Shown here: positions 23,132 to 37,563 of the stretch, one piece after another
Numbering within the stretch: position 1 is the stretch's first letter
Layout of the letters: every line of letters begins with the position of its first letter
Assembly (NCBI GenBank): GCA_043228905.1
Contig: JBHGNT010000009.1
Coordinates: 16,368,001 to 16,432,000, forward strand
DNA: 64,000 nt
Origin: Azolla caroliniana
Taxonomy: Eukaryota; Plantae; Polypodiophyta
Direction: 5' to 3'
The notes under the pieces: model-generated
What the model saw: only the letters and a program-made list of their open reading frames with translations
What the model was told of the DNA's origin: nothing
Databases searched by the model: none
Position numbers and translations under genes: made by a program

Positions 23132-24754
23132 CGAGATGAGCGAGAACTTTGGATATCAACTGAATCCTACACCCAGAAGCTCAAAAAGCTCAAATCCAAA
23201 AGAGTGGCTACTCACAAACAGGTACCAGAAAAAATGCATTTTATTGTCAATTATGGTGGCATCCAATACTAAAAGAAGAATGTGCTAAATTGAGCACATG
23301 TTTAAGGATAGCATAGCAATGCTTGTTTGTTTGGTTTCCTCCGTAATAATTAACGTGTAATGATGTATATTGCAATCTTGAGCATGTAACCCCCAAATTA
23401 AATTTGGTGGTTTGTAAATTTGAATCAACAAGGTCTCTTATAGTCATTTCTGGATAATATTCTTGCATTCCTCGGGGGCAACACTTCTAATAAAGAAACA
23501 TGCTAACTACGTCAAAACTCATCTACTATTTGACCTCAATGTTGTTCAATTTAGTTGTATATGTGAAGGATTATTTATATTTTTTTTTTTCGCATGTAAG
23601 TTTCCTCATATTATATATACAGATAATCTTGTGTCAGGGTTATTTGGTACTGTTCTCACATTATGTATAATCTTGTGTCAAGGTTCTTTGGTATTACAGT
23701 CAATAACCTTGAAGTTGATATATAAACTGTAAGAGCATCTGTTGTTGGCGAGAGGGAGTAACTGAATGATTTTTTTTTCCTATCCATATTTTGAAATCTA
23801 TAAGATTATCTTAGTAAGTACTCTTTGAGCTTAAAGGGAAAGATTTGGTTTTTTGGCCTCATCTTGGTCATTTAAATTAAAACTAAAAGCGGATCGTGGT
23901 CACATTTTCGCTTATCCCTTTTGCCAGCATCTTAATTCTCTATGGAAATTCGACCATTACTTTGACCCTCTGTTTTTCTTAATGATTGTCTTCTCTATAT
24001 TAGTCTCCCACCATCATATGCTTTGATAATCTATTCTGCAAGGACTTTGTTCATGTCAATTCTTGTAACAATTGTGACTATATTAGATCACTATTTCGAA
24101 GTTACCACTTGATTTTTTTTTAGTGAAAGAAAACCAGCATATAATTTATCTAAATGATGATGAGGTTGTATTTAGGCTCCTTATTTGTATGAGATCATAA
24201 CAAATCAATCAATTCAATAATCATTCGTAAATCATATCCAAAAGAACAATTTGAAAATTGTGCACTGTTTTGTGGAGTTCTAAATCATTTAGTCCACTTT
24301 AAAAATAGCTCATCACTTTTACATCTGCCTCGGCCCCCTTCCTAGATGCAAGCTTTTGGTGATGGTTTATTATATGGTTGACAAGATCTCCTTTTGGCCA
24401 TGAAATATATGCATCTAGCCCCTACTAGCTAGCTTTTACTGCAGTCCCCTTGGTTGAAAGATGCCAATCATGCTAGTACATGTCCAACAATTTAGTAATG
24501 CACAATAGTTAAATCAACTTGCTTTTGCACCAACACTCTAATAGTTGCACAATTACCAAATCAGTCCTCTTTGTGGCTTATTGTACTTGAATTACATGAG
24601 AGAATTCTTGAACTATATAGGGTATCACAATATTGATTCCATCTTGTCTCAACATCTTTGGGCCATGCTACAATCTCTTCACAAAAGTTTCACATCGAAT
24701 TCACTAGAGATGTTCAAGTCACTTGTGGATGTAGTTATGTCAAGTTCTTTATGA

Positions 24755-25490
24755 GGGAATAGAGAGAGAATTAGAATTAGAATTTTTATCGTCGATAAAG
24801 AGGCCAATTTTGACCTATGGGACCAGAGCATACATGTGTCTTTGATATGTGTCTCTTTCCTAAAAAGGGGCATTCATACATTGAAGCACAAAGTCTCTAT
24901 GCGTTTAAGTTATCACTCCCTCTTAATATGTCATCATATCTTGAACAAATTGCACTATATGTTGAGCATGTGAAGAGCAAGTGACATTCCTCCTCTACCA
25001 TGCCTTTATTGCATACTTTACATGCCCTCAAATTCGTTACATTTTGATACCATGATGTAACTTCAATACCTAACTTGTGAGATCGAGTGCAAAGTAGTCT
25101 GAGGGCTCTTTCCTAAAAAGGGGCATTCATACATTGAAGCACAAAGTCTCTATGCGTTTAAGTTATCACTCCCTCTTAATATGTCATCATATCTTGAACA
25201 AATTGCACTATATGTTGAGCATGTGAAGAGCAAGTGACATTCCTCCTCTACCATGCCTTTATTGCATACTTTACATGCCCTCAAATTCGTTACATTTTGA
25301 TACCATGATGTAACTTCAATACCTAACTTGTGAGATCGAGTGCAAAGTAGTCTGAGGGCTCTACGAGCAATACTACTCATATTGGTAATGAGATAAGGTT
25401 GAATATGATCAATAGGCATTCTTGCCTTATATTGAGACCAACATTTAGGGTTGACATTTGCAATGTAGTTGTTGAGGATCAAACTCAACT
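24755..25490 (-). mobile_element. Short LINE 3' fragment (same C-terminal class) with ~250-bp internal tandem duplication
   Basis: LCTRSHKLGIEV..RACKVC..VEEECHLLFTC motif; ~24853-25108 repeated at ~25104-25362; 3' hairpin and (ATTCTA)n tail on minus strand. Confidence 0.75.
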
Positions 25491-25579
25491 TCCCTAGTGT
25501 GGGAACACACCCTAGTGTGTGAACACCCCACCACCTCCTATAGTAACTAGTGTGTCATAGAATCTTATAGTTCTATGAC

Positions 25580-25960
25580 ACATATTCAGTGTAGTTAAGA
25601 CTCCACCTCAAATAACGAAAAATCTGGTCTCGATCGGTCAGATTGTGGAACAAGGCATGCAAGTTCGGTTCAACCATGGAGGAGGCTTCATAAAAAAGGA
25701 AGGCTGAATTATCGCTCCTCGTGGAAGAGAAGGCTGAATGTTCATCCTCGACTCTCATGAGATGAAATTGGCAATGTATGCCAAGGGCCGTAAAGCCGAC
25801 ACCGACATAGAGCTGTGGCACAAACAAATCAGCCACATCAATATCCAAAAGCTCAAAGGGATGCAATCGAAAGAAGTCGTCATCGAAATCCCGACTTTTA
25901 CCGAAAAGGAGATGGCAATTATATGCGAAGCTTGCCAATTTGGCAAACAACATCGACAAC
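25580..25960 (+). mobile_element. Copia fragment (protease end / GAG-pre-integrase)
   Basis: QIVEQGMQVRF, ELWHKQISH, ICEACQFGKQHR; related to the 3603-5447 family. Confidence 0.75.
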
Positions 25961-26059
25961 CTGAGAGGAATCGTTCACAGCCACAACCGAGGTTTAAACT
26001 TACTATAGAAGAAACAGAAAACAGAAAATAAGACAACATAGTGTGTTAACGTGGAATCC

Positions 26060-27055
26060 CCCTGCATATGTCATGACATATCCGGATGTAGACCGTTTGA
26101 TATCTGCATCAATCGACATGTCCGAGTCGATGAATCCTTCAAGTTGGGGCTTACTTGAGCCGAATCAAAGGCACAAGCTCGAGGTGCCTTTTAGGTACGA
26201 GAGTATCCACTTGACTACTGCCCAATGGTCCTTTCCTGGATTGGTCATGAATCGGCTTACTACTCCGATTATGTATACGATGTCTAGTCGTGTACACACC
26301 ATTGCGTACATGAGACTTCTAACTACAAAGGCATACAATATCTTCATCATTTCCGACTTCTTTGCATTATTCTTCAGGCTCTGTTTTCCTAACAACTTGC
26401 AATTTGTCGGAAGTGTCGATCCGACCGGCTTAGCATCCGACATGCTAAACCTTTTAAGCACCTTTGACACATACTTCTCTTGTGACAGCCACAACTATTT
26501 CTTCGTCCGGTCTTGGATTATGTGCATCCCCAAAATCTGCTTTGCCCAACTATCCGGGAGGGAATCGAGCAACAACAACGCGAGTACCTCGTCGGCTAGA
26601 GGTACCTCAATGAGGTTGTCTGATTTATAAGCCCCTGGAAGGCATTCATGTGCTCCACCATGCTGGAGCCGTCTTGATATCTGAGTCTCACTAACTTCCG
26701 AAAGACCGAAACTCGATTTACAACATTCTTGTCCTCAAACATTATGCCTATCTTCTCCCAAAGCTCGTGAGCTTTCTTCTCCTCATTGAAGTTGTTATAC
26801 ATGCTCATGTTGATGAAGCATCTGATGTACGTTGTTGTCTTCATGCGCATCACCTCCCATGTTGATGCATCAATCTTTTCCGGTCTTTTGTCTCCAAATT
26901 GTATCGGCAGTTAGAGATCTTTAACCACTAGCATGTCCCTCATCTTCGACTTTGACATTGAGTAATTGGAGCCAGTGAGCTTGAACATGCCGCCAAATGG
27001 ATCTTCCATGGTCTTTCTTTTATTTAAAGTTTAGAACCAGGATTTGGTACCAGAT
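26060..27055 (-). mobile_element. Internally deleted copia remnant (gag N-terminus fused to RT end)
   Basis: FKLTGSNYS / KAHELWEKI gag at 26596-26990; WLSQEKYVSKVL..MYAMVCTR RT at 26165-26494. Confidence 0.75.
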
Positions 27056-27058
27056 TGA

Positions 27059-29755
27059 GTGAAATTGTTCAAGGTTGACAAAGACTATTTGATCGGGACA
27101 GAGGTTATAATCGAGACAGACTGCCTATCGATCCTTGATATGGTTTTCGGATGCGCGATGCCGGACCTGGCAATGCTTAGGTGGATTGCATACATTAAGT
27201 TCTTCAATCCGGAGATACGGCACATCTTCGGGAATAACAACGCCATGGCTGACATGTTTTCGAGAGCACGGTTCGATGACGAGGACGACATGGTTTTGGA
27301 GCACGAAGAAGTCGGCATAGACTTCTTCGAATCGGCTCGCATAGCGGTAAGTCAGGGAAGCACTTTGACACTTAATGAATTTAATGAGGACAAGTATGAC
27401 GGGGAGTGGCTCCAGATCGGTAGGTTCTTGAGGACAATGACACTAGATGCGGCATGGGCGAATGACGAGGCAAACTAGGTACGGAAGAAGGCATACCTGT
27501 ATTTCCTACGGAACAGGAGCATATGGAAGCATCCGAAGAAACGAGACGACATTCCAATCCGTGTGGTGGCAAGAGGGGAGGAGCAGGCGGCGCTGCTAGC
27601 GGCATATCACGAGAGTCCTTGGGCTGGACATCGCGAAACGTGGGCCACGTTCGAGAAGTATTTCCTACGGAACGAGAGCATATGGAAGCATCCGAAGAAA
27701 CGAGACGACATTCCAATCTGTGTGGTGGCAAGAGGGGAGGAGCAGGAGGCGCTGCTAACGGCGTATCACGAGAGTCCTTGGGCTGGACATCGTGAAACGT
27801 GGGCCACGTTCGAGAAGCTAAAGGAGAAGTATTGGTGGTCGGGAATGTACCGGGACGTGCATAAGTTCGTGACGACTTGTGAGAGCTGTCAGATGCATTC
27901 CGCGATCCGACATTGGGACGAGTTGTGCCCGACCTACCTACTGACTGTCCATTTCAAATGGATGGTGGATTTAGTGACGATGCCGATGGGGCTAGGGCAG
28001 CTATGGTACCTGGTGCTTGCACGAGAGAACCTGACAAATCAAGTGGAGGGTCCTGCACTGCAGAACAAGACAATTGTGGCTGTGTGCCGGTTCCTGATCG
28101 AGGAGGTGATATGCCGGTACGGGTGCGTAGGGAAAATCGTGGCTAACCGAGGGAGCTGGACGCGCAGGAAGACGAAGAGCTATTCGACACGTTAGGATTT
28201 AAGCTCTCGCTCTCTATGGCGTACAATCCAGAGGCAAACGCAAAGGTGGAGCGCGGGCACGGGTCAGTTTTGAAGGCATTAGTACGGTCGTGTGAAGGAC
28301 AAGTCGGGAATTGGCTGCGACTCTTACCTTACGCGCTATGGCTGGACCGAACTACGCACAGTTCGGTAACCGGGTTTATGCCGGCAGAGCTGATGTACGG
28401 GCAGAAGCTAATCATGCCGATGGAGGGGACGGTGAAGAGCTATTGGCGGCGTGGGCTACGGTGGGCTGGAGAGACGAGATGAGCCGGGAAGAGCTATTGG
28501 CGGTGTGGATTCGACACCTCGAGTGACGACCGGAGGACGTGGAGTGGGCGAAGGCGAAGCTGCATGCGGCAAGAGCGAAGAATAAAGGCTGGTTCGACCG
28601 AACACACCGGCTACAATGGAGGAAGATTGAGGAAGGCGATTGGATGTTGGTTTACGACAACAACCTCGACAACCAGCACAAGGTGACACGCAAGTTTACG
28701 AGAAGGTGGTTCGGGCCCTACGTCGTAACGAGCGCAAACAACAACGACACCTACCACCTCACGGAGCTCGACGGAACACGAATAACAGTACCGGTAGCTG
28801 GGAAGAGGATCACGGCATTCAAGAAATGGCATGAAGATGAACCGAACTAAGGGAGCGTGGATGACGGTGACAACCGAGCCGTAGTGGACGGAAAATCGGA
28901 GAGTGACAAGTGAACACGGGCCGGTTTTCCCCGGTATTCGTCTCTTCCTGGCGCATGGCGGAGGATGCGCAGTTTGGTGGGGGTGGATGTCATGTAGAAA
29001 ACCGGCCATAAAGGGAATTGGGGATCAGAGAGTGTGAACCGGCGCGCACACATTGGCGCACGGAATTAAAGTAACTTGTACATAGCTAAGAGTAAGTCAA
29101 TGCGATATAAATAGATTAGATACAACATATTTTGGAAATCAAAGTGTATCTCTACCCGAAAGGACAGAGAATAAGGATGATGTGATGAGCGAAGTGACAG
29201 TCCTCCCTCAGCGGCCGATCAGAGGCGCGAGAGGAAAGACTAGAGGCATCACGTTTTTGAGGAGAAAAGGGGGGAGGTGCTGTCGGATTGGGGACCGAGC
29301 ATTGTTTCTGTGTGATCTTTGCAGGATTTTGGTCAGTTGCCTCTGCTCGCGAGGAAAGCCCAAGTGCTTCTGGTAGAGGCTCCACTGCGTAACTTGGTTG
29401 TGTGTGTGTGTTTGGTTGGTCACCGGCGTGCCGGTTGTAATCTCAGAAAGGTTGTAATCAATTGTTTGTCGTAATCGATTCCTCTTGGTAGGTGGTCTCC
29501 TTGTTTTACTGTGACATTCTCTAATCTGTTGTTGTCTTCATAGCCAAAAGGGCGCACCTCTCTGTCTAACTCGTGCGTAGTTGTGTTCTCGTCTGACCTG
29601 GTCAGCACGGTGCTTGCCGGTAGCCAGTACTTGCTGATCCATCGCTTCCGATTCTCTTCCTTCTCTACTTTCGCGCACTCATCGGTTCAGGGCCGCCGCA
29701 GTCCCGCATTAGTTTCCTACGCGCACGCGTAACAACACGACACCGTAGGCTTACA
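27059..29755 (+). mobile_element. Degenerate non-chromovirus Ty3/gypsy 3' part (RNase H, integrase, PPT, 3' LTR 28988-~29755)
   Basis: IETDCL..LRWIAYIK, HESPWAGH..CESC, YNPEANAKVERGH, WFGPY; PPT ggtgggggtgga before TGTC at 28988; 159-bp tandem duplication ~27497-27814; homologous to 44755-46830. Confidence 0.87.
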
Positions 29756-29889
29756 ACGTAATGTATGTACACCTAAACCTGTACATACAAAAACAACTTA
29801 TACAGGGATGTTGAACCTTAATACGGTACATTAGCATGTTTGTTTTATATCAAGAAAGGGTCCAATAGCATGGATGATGATAGTTCCAT

Positions 29890-30575
29890 TGACGTCTTTG
29901 ATTTGTCACTACAAAGAGAGGCACCTTCCTCTATAAGTGAAGAAGCTTCATCCTTCTTTTATGAATATTTTATGGAGAACCATACATGTTATCCTATTGC
30001 CACGAACTACTATCAACAATGTTTCCCATATCTCAAGCAATACCTCTAGAAGACCAAGCTTTGTTGCATCGTAAAGTCGACTACATCTACATTTCCATAA
30101 TACCCATAATGTTATCGTAGTCACAGTTTTCCAGATCTGAACAGATCGCACCTGCTTTCGAGGTTGCTGAAACGAACTAACCGATATCAATATTCTATTA
30201 TGTACCGTCATGGCCTCTTGTATATCATCTGCTTCATACAACATCAAGCTGGAGGGTAAAATTCCCCACACCGCTGCTCCCCATGAGAACAAGCAACCAA
30301 CATTGATCGTTAGGAATAAAGAAAGAACTTTATTCCATACTTGCTGAGCCAAGGGACAAGACCAGAGGGCATGCTGCATGCACTAATAGCCATCTAAAAA
30401 GAATAAATTTAGAGGGCCCCTTGAAAAATCCACTTTGCCTGAGATTATGTGCTACATTCCCTATTAACGTCTGGCCAACTGGTAATGCTGCATGCACTAA
30501 TAGCCATCTAAAAAGAATAAATTTAGAGGGCCCCTTGAAAGACCAGATCCATCTCCAATATATTTTCAACTGCAA
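29890..30575 (-). mobile_element. L1 LINE 3' fragment (zf-RVT region)
   Basis: KFILFRWLLVHAALPVG, HALWSCPLAQQVW, WVLWKCRC motifs; short internal duplication at ~30370-30540. Confidence 0.75.
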
Positions 30576-30734
30576 CGTTGAAACACCCTAGTTAGTCTAA
30601 TGTTTTTGTGCTGCTGGCGCCATTACATTTTATGTTCATCTGATTTCAGTTTCGGTTTTAGATCTGGGCCTCGACCATAATACTTATTGACTCCATCCGA
30701 CTCAGTTCGTTCTCTTCCCATCCAGAGGGACCTA

Positions 30735-31020
30735 TTTCCCAACAAACTCCCCCTTGACTCCAACATGGGGTACTTATCCAATCCGACTCTTTGTTCGCAC
30801 GAATTCAGCTTCCCGACTAGTCGGTCGTGTCTTCGACTTGGATCACATCTGCAACACTGTTGACACACTGTGTCGACTCTCTCCTAGTCGAATCTCCATG
30901 TCTTCGACTGCCAGCTCTCAGCCCGACCAGTTGGCTCCTCTTTGTCATCGATTGTCGACTCTGAGCTCGACTAGTCAGCTACTCGTTGTCTTCAATTGTC
31001 GGCTCAATATTGATATGTGA
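30735..31020 (-). mobile_element. Copia PPT/LTR-edge remnant
   Basis: cccaacaaactccccctt and gtcgac/ccgactagtcgg motifs shared with the 58600/59323 copia LTR family. Confidence 0.5.
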
Positions 31021-31734
31021 CATTAAACTATTGAAAAACTTCAATTAAGTTTAGGCATTAGTAAGAGTTCGCATAATGTTTGACTTTATATGCACTCAAT
31101 CCATTTCGTAATGGGTGTCATTAACTTCAAGTTGGTTTAAGTTGATTTACTCCGTTTCTCCATAGAATCAAATTTGTGATTATAAGTAGGCAATTCCTTT
31201 CTACAACACCAAGTGCTCCAAGTATTTATATCATTATGCATTGACAAATTTACTATTCTCTCACATCAAATTGCTGCTTAAAGTTAGAATATGAACTTTG
31301 GTCGTTTAATATTGTACTTTGTCTTGTGATTTTGTTACGATAGTAAGGTTTTCAATCAATGATTAATCATTTCTTTCTAAATTAAAATGGGCACAAATTA
31401 GGACTAGACTTATATTAGATTTTTGAGAAAATCATAGTTTGACACCGATCTAGACATCAAGAAAAGGAAATAACAATGGAAAGCATAAGCTTTGTAACGA
31501 GACACTAAATACTATGTCAGTTATAAAATCATGTCCATTTCGTTGCCTTTTGGTGGTCATGATTTACCTAATCATAACCGCTAAAGGTAGGTATCCCTAA
31601 ACTGGGTGGGGTGGTAATTATGAGGTTATATAGTATTGGACAATGAGGTGATAATGATACATAAGATATTGACAAGGCTTTTAGTTTGCTCCACATATTT
31701 CAAACCACAATTGAGAAGTTTTGGAGACCATGAG

Positions 31735-32520
31735 CAGGGCCTGAATTTGATGGGCATTTTTTAAAGATTTATGTCATATGACACAAGAGTGCAAAAACTA
31801 ACATGTCATTTGGCATACAAATTTTAATAATGAAAGTTCTATATGATGCTTTACCAATTTTAATAATGAAAGTTCTATATGATGCTTGATTGTTATACAT
31901 TTCATTACTATAGAAAGTGCACAAAGATGCACAAATAAACATAACTACCTAACAAAGATAATGAAATACATAAAATTAATATCATGTTAATGTTTTTACT
32001 AATAAGTATGAAAAAAGTTAGTAAAAATTTAGTTTTAACTTAAAATTTTATGTAAGTAAAAAATTTTAGTTTTAACTTAAAACTTAAAACATTAAAATCA
32101 AACCTAAAGTTATACACTCTTAAAGTATGTATTTAATAAAGGTTATTGTTTAAAATTTCAATTGAATTTCAACTAATATTATTAGTAAAGAAATTAAGAA
32201 TAAATATTGTGAATATATACCATTATTACATGATAATGATATTATTTTAAGGGTGTTATAAAAAAAACATATAATTTTTTGGAATTTTTTTTATATAGTA
32301 TTAATATATTATAATACACACTTCATATATATAATAATTGACATATGTATACAATATGTATATAATATATATGACATGGAAAATAGAATTTTAACATATC
32401 ATTTGACATGCATAATTTGTAGGGGCCTTTCTCATGAAAAATGGATATTTAAACTTTATATGTCACTTGACGAGCAAAATGGCCTTCGACAGGCATGACA
32501 CCCGTCAAATTCTTGCCCTG
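31735..32520. mobile_element. Non-autonomous hAT element (786 bp, AT-rich)
   Basis: TIRs CAGGGCCTGAATTTGATGGG / CCCGTCAAATTCTTGCCCTG (17/20 match); exact 8-bp TSD ACCATGAG (31727-31734, 32521-32528). Confidence 0.9.
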
Positions 32521-33350
32521 ACCATGAGTAACCTTAATGGGTAACATATGCTATATTATGAACATATCAAAAGCTCATCTTCACTCAAAGTAAAACAATA
32601 TCCTCTAGTAAATTTTTTTGTTCCATAAATAAACAAACAAACAAACACATTATTTTATTGCTAGTTGAACAACATATGTGATGGCATAATTTTGATGCCA
32701 AAAATAATTATGCAACTAACTTAGCTCAGCAACACTGTGTGCGATGCTATCGATGCATTCAATTTCAAAGATCGATTAATAACAACTCATACATTCATCG
32801 AAATTATAGGATGCTCTTCACAAATCAAAGTAATCTATCAAAATCCATTCCACGTTGAATGTGGACTCAATCAATGTATCTAAGTTTCCCTTGTGGTCTA
32901 AATTCTTCTTGTAATCTAGTGGTCTAAATTCTTCTTGTAATCTAGAGATAGAGAGGAAAGGTACATTAATATAGAAAAAACACTTAATGAGCATGCAATT
33001 CTGTGTCCATTATACATCAAGCATTAAAATAATGAATGAAACTCATCACACATACATAATTTAGTATGAAAAGAATAAATGATCACTTAGAGACATACAA
33101 CAAATCCATCAACTTCCCTATTTAAGTGAAAAAAGTTACAACATGTAATGTACCTGCATTGCTTTGCCCATTAATCAATGATCATTCTTTTTAAGGTTCG
33201 TAGGATACACCCATAAAAGCATACAATACACCAACATCCCTTATAATTGAGGAATTTGGGGGTATCATCACTAGATGTCTTGCTTGAAAACCTTTATTGT
33301 AAATTAAAACTAAAACTAAAAGAACTGAATGTATTTGAACAATGTAAGGA

Positions 33351-34406
33351 TCAATAGTCCCATAACAACATGTCTTGGTATACTGTACATCCCTCATCAA
33401 ATCCATTTCCATAAGATGGACATCCATTGATATCATAGCTATTTAATGCATATTCAGTCACAGAAATGATCTCCCTAGACACAACACTCATGCTCTCTGG
33501 TATGATGAGTTGATCAAACACATGCCAACAATGTTCTTCCGGCACCAGTGATGCCATACTGCCCCCAAAGCCGTCGATGATGAATGTGTCAGGATGTTCA
33601 TGACAATGTAATATGCTTGATGTCACCATGCCATCATGGCAAGATCTAGTTTCACCATCATTGTCCAACTTGTTTGCTGTCATTGGGCAAGATATTTTTG
33701 ATGGGTCTTCATGATTTTTGGTTTCTAGTGTTAATACATGCATGGTATCATGTGTACTACTACTACTACTACTACACTTACTAACAATGGATTTATCACA
33801 GCTTTCTAGAACGAATGTATGGGTGGTCTCATGTGCACTACTAACATCATTGGATGATGGGTCACCTAGAGTGAAGCCATTAAGGGATGCAGCTGCCTTA
33901 GCGGCTGCCTGGATGTCTCTCGGGGCAGTCGAGGTAGGACAAGGAAGAATGTGGATGAGGCCAGGGAAATTGAGTTGAGCTTGTTTCCCTTTAAGGCAAT
34001 GGGCGGCCACATCATAAGCGCGAGCCGCCATCTCGGGTCTAAGGTAAGAGCCAAGCCAAATGCGCGTTTTCTTGCGTGGCTCGCGGATCTCGGATACCCA
34101 TTTGCCCCAACTCCTCTTCCTCACACCGTGATATACGAAACCCGTGTTGGTCGATTGTGGGTCAATTGTATTGTTGCTCTCTTTTGCCAATAATCGATTA
34201 GCATCACATTCATTGGGAGCATTTAAATTTGAGGAGGATGAGGCCATTGCCATGAGCAATGATGATACTCCCAAGCTCGCCGATTGAATCTCCGGTCTCT
34301 CCCTTGTTGTAGACAATGATGTCAACAAGTTCACCCGTGTTTTCACTGATGTTGGTGATGAGATTGGAGTTCCTATGTAGGATGTTGATGAAGAACCATG
34401 AATCAT
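33351..34406 (-). CDS. AP2/ERF transcription factor, DREB A-4 (TINY-like) subgroup, intronless
   Basis: [51 protein letters not shown] with V14/E19, followed by [12 protein letters not shown], and a C-terminal LLWDY. The start could be a later ATG (MAMASSS). Confidence 0.93.
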   Translation of the reverse strand: MIHGSSSTSYIGTPISSPTSVKTRVNLLTSLSTTRERPEIQSASLGVSSLLMAMASSSSNLNAPNECDANRLLAKESNNTIDPQSTNTGFVYHGVRKRSWGKWVSEIREPRKKTRIWLGSYLRPEMAARAYDVAAHCLKGKQAQLNFPGLIHILPCPTSTAPRDIQAAAKAAASLNGFTLGDPSSNDVSSAHETTHTFVLESCDKSIVSKCSSSSSSTHDTMHVLTLETKNHEDPSKISCPMTANKLDNDGETRSCHDGMVTSSILHCHEHPDTFIIDGFGGSMASLVPEEHCWHVFDQLIIPESMSVVSREIISVTEYALNSYDINGCPSYGNGFDEGCTVYQDMLLWDY

Positions 34407-36503
34407 GGAATTAAAGGAGCCTTCATTAACCTCATACTCATATAAAACACAATGGCGAGATGGAGCTACAATTTAGTGAGTGTATACGTATCACATTCAT
34501 GGTCTATTACAAATAAGGGAGAAGTGCTAGGGCATTCATAAATTAGGGTGCCAAGGATAAATGCAAACATTTAGTGAGCATCAATGATCACAATATCATG
34601 ACTTTTCTTGGGTTTGAGTGTCTAAAGAAGGGTAGATATTTATACTCCACACACAACATAAAGGAATTTCCCAATCTAGAAACCCATGTTCCCTTGATCT
34701 ATCTTAGTGAAGCAAAGTATTGGACCTATGTGCACTTTTGTGTTAACTAGAAAGGATCATATACATTCATGCCAAAGAATGCGTGCCCATATATTGGCCT
34801 ACCATATTGCAAGTGTGTAAATTCAGCACATGAGCTTGACATGGTTTCTTGGTAAGCCTTCCATCAATTTCTTTAATTCAAACTTTTCATTGCTATTGTC
34901 GTTCAAGGACTTTTCTAATAAGTTTGCCTCCTAATTTTTTAGATGATACTATAATGTGTTGGACAATATTAGAGTTTTCATACCAGCAATACGTAAGCTT
35001 AGAATGGACTAAATACAATATATAATGACGCAACATAAAAAGGTGAGCTTTCAAGTTTCAACCATAGGCAACATTGTGAGAATTCTTGCTAAGAAGAAGC
35101 TCTATAAAGATTTAATTATATTAGACATCTGGATACGCTTAAATGTAAGGGTTCCTACTTGTCGTCTTTGACTTTAAACTTTTCGTGTTTATATAATGAG
35201 CACATGCACATCAATGAGATCTCATAACTTCACTTTATCAAAGTTTGTGCCCTAGATTTGTACTACTTGACCTATGTTTGTGGGACCGAAGCATCTCACT
35301 TTCCAAAGGATACAAGTAAGAATTGGTTAAAAAGTGTGTAGGCATGGTACTTTGCGAGTCATGGTACTGATCCTAGTATGATCCATATGTGCATTCGCAT
35401 TTGAGTATGTTTTGCTTATTTGAGTATGGGAAACAAACTCGAATGTATGGTAAATACTATACTTTTGTATTCATTATTTATTTACCCTCGAAGGACCCAA
35501 GAGGGCAAAGTAGTGGAAGCAGATTGGTGGCATTGCACCAGTTCCATTCTATGGTACTACTATATATGGCTATGGCAAACCTTTACATGTCCATACATAC
35601 ATACTAGTGCTTTCTTGTGAGCGCAAGTTGTAAACAACAACAATAATATTAGTAGTACTAGTGATAATAATGTTATTATTATTATTATTAAAGAGATCAC
35701 ACCCGTCTTTTTAAGTAGATGTCTGTTGTGGCCACTAATCACATCTAAATTACTAATTGGCCATACATAAATACGTTGATAATTAGCGACTAGAAGATAC
35801 TCTCTTGCTCGGTGTCCTGGTCATGCCCTAATTACTAGCAACTTATCATTTGGAATTGTTCTAATCAAGGACAAGGTTCATGGGGTGCTAATTCTATTCT
35901 AATTAGGAAATTCATCATGAATTAATCCACGCCTCCATTAGAGAGTGGTAGAGAGGCGTGGTGAAGGTGGAAGGGTGATTGCTTTTGCCCATGGAGGCGT
36001 CCAAATTGACGAACGAATACATATATAATTCATTTTCTTATTTAATCTTGTTATTCTTGATAATAAAATGAAACATGAGTTGCATTCATGGCGGGTTTTA
36101 ATCATTATTAGATTGAATTAGTCCTTTTAGTATATGCAGATGTTGAATCTCTAATTGCATATGGTCGGTTTCTCACACACTAATATATGCCTACATATAA
36201 AATAATGAAATGTCTTTTAAATTGAGAGTGTGCACCAATTTACTTAGGACATTTGTTGAAAGTGTATATTTGTCTTTTTATGTTTTGGTTCATGACAAGC
36301 ATTGGTAAAAGCCTCATTTAGGCCAATACATGGAGGTTTGCAATGGATACGAAAAGTAGTTAAACACTATTGATACTTAGGACTAATGAACGTAGATATT
36401 AAGGAGCAATACTATGTATGTGAGATTTTGGTAGATACATATCCTTAACGAGCACAATAACATATCCTTTTGTGTTATATGGTATACAAAACAACAAAAA
36501 GAG

Positions 36504-36780
36504 CTTTTTATGGAATGACGATGAAGATCTCTTTTAATATAGTTTCTTGAATCTTTCAGATGTCACTACATCTAAATTGCCCATGATTGGCCTTTATTCC
36601 AACTAATACCCTACTTTTAAGAGTGGAAATTGATATGCTATAGAAAAGAGAAAAAAACAACTTTTTATGGAATGCCGATGAAGATCTCTTTTAATATGGC
36701 TTCTTGCCTCGTTGAGAGGTCACTACTTCTAAATTGCCTTTGATTGGTCTTTTCTCCATCTAACACCCTACTTTAAAGAG
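36504..36780. repeat. Diverged ~157-bp tandem duplication
   Basis: ctttttatggaatg(a/c)cgatgaagatctcttttaatat occurs at 36504 and 36661 with continuing similarity. Confidence 0.7.
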
Positions 36781-37563
36781 ATTCTACTACTAGATTGACA
36801 CTTTTATAATGTGCCTTCAACATTATTCAATTAATACTCTACTATTTAGAGACTAGTAGTTTTAAATTGACCATTATTTCTCCTAGCGTATCCTACTCAA
36901 GCATTTATCCATTACTTTTTTGTTCCCAAGATTATTGTATTTTTAAATGGGAAATTATTGCCTCAAGTATAATACATCCTTCGATGATAGTTCTAACTTA
37001 TTTTATTGTCCCAACTTTATCCTACTCAAACACCCAAATTTTATTTGCACCACTTGGCATGCAAGACAAATGGCTTTTACATTTTGAGGCATATTCCATT
37101 CATAAGTAGGGTTACAAATCAAAACATTAATAATTGCCAACGCATAACATGCTATGAATGGCTAGAAACAACACATGCATAATTAACATTATGCTTTTAA
37201 CATTATGAATTGAGTAATGACATGGCTTAAAATAGAAACACGAAATGGCATGCCCACTTTAGTAGTAGGATGCTACATTCATTATTAGGATTCTTATTTT
37301 TATGCTTGTTTGGATGACGACCGACTCTTTTTTAATCTAGAAGATTATATTACTTATTTTGCAACTTGATGCACAACAATCACTCTTCTATTGATGAAAA
37401 AGATTCGGAACAATTTTTGAAGTTACTCCTATAAATGTGTGAAAGAGTCCTTGATACTTATTGCAAATGGTGCAAATCTTGCAAGCGAAGAATGCACTTG
37501 GGTGATCGACTCTGGTGTATCTTTCCATATAACTCCATCGAGAGAGTATTTCTCGACTTACGT

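Noticed and set aside
28988-29755. tRNA-like cassette in this gypsy LTR
   Set aside because: Only a weak gaacc match at ~29036 and no A-box at the 44-nt spacing, so the module is not universal among the gypsy LTRs here.
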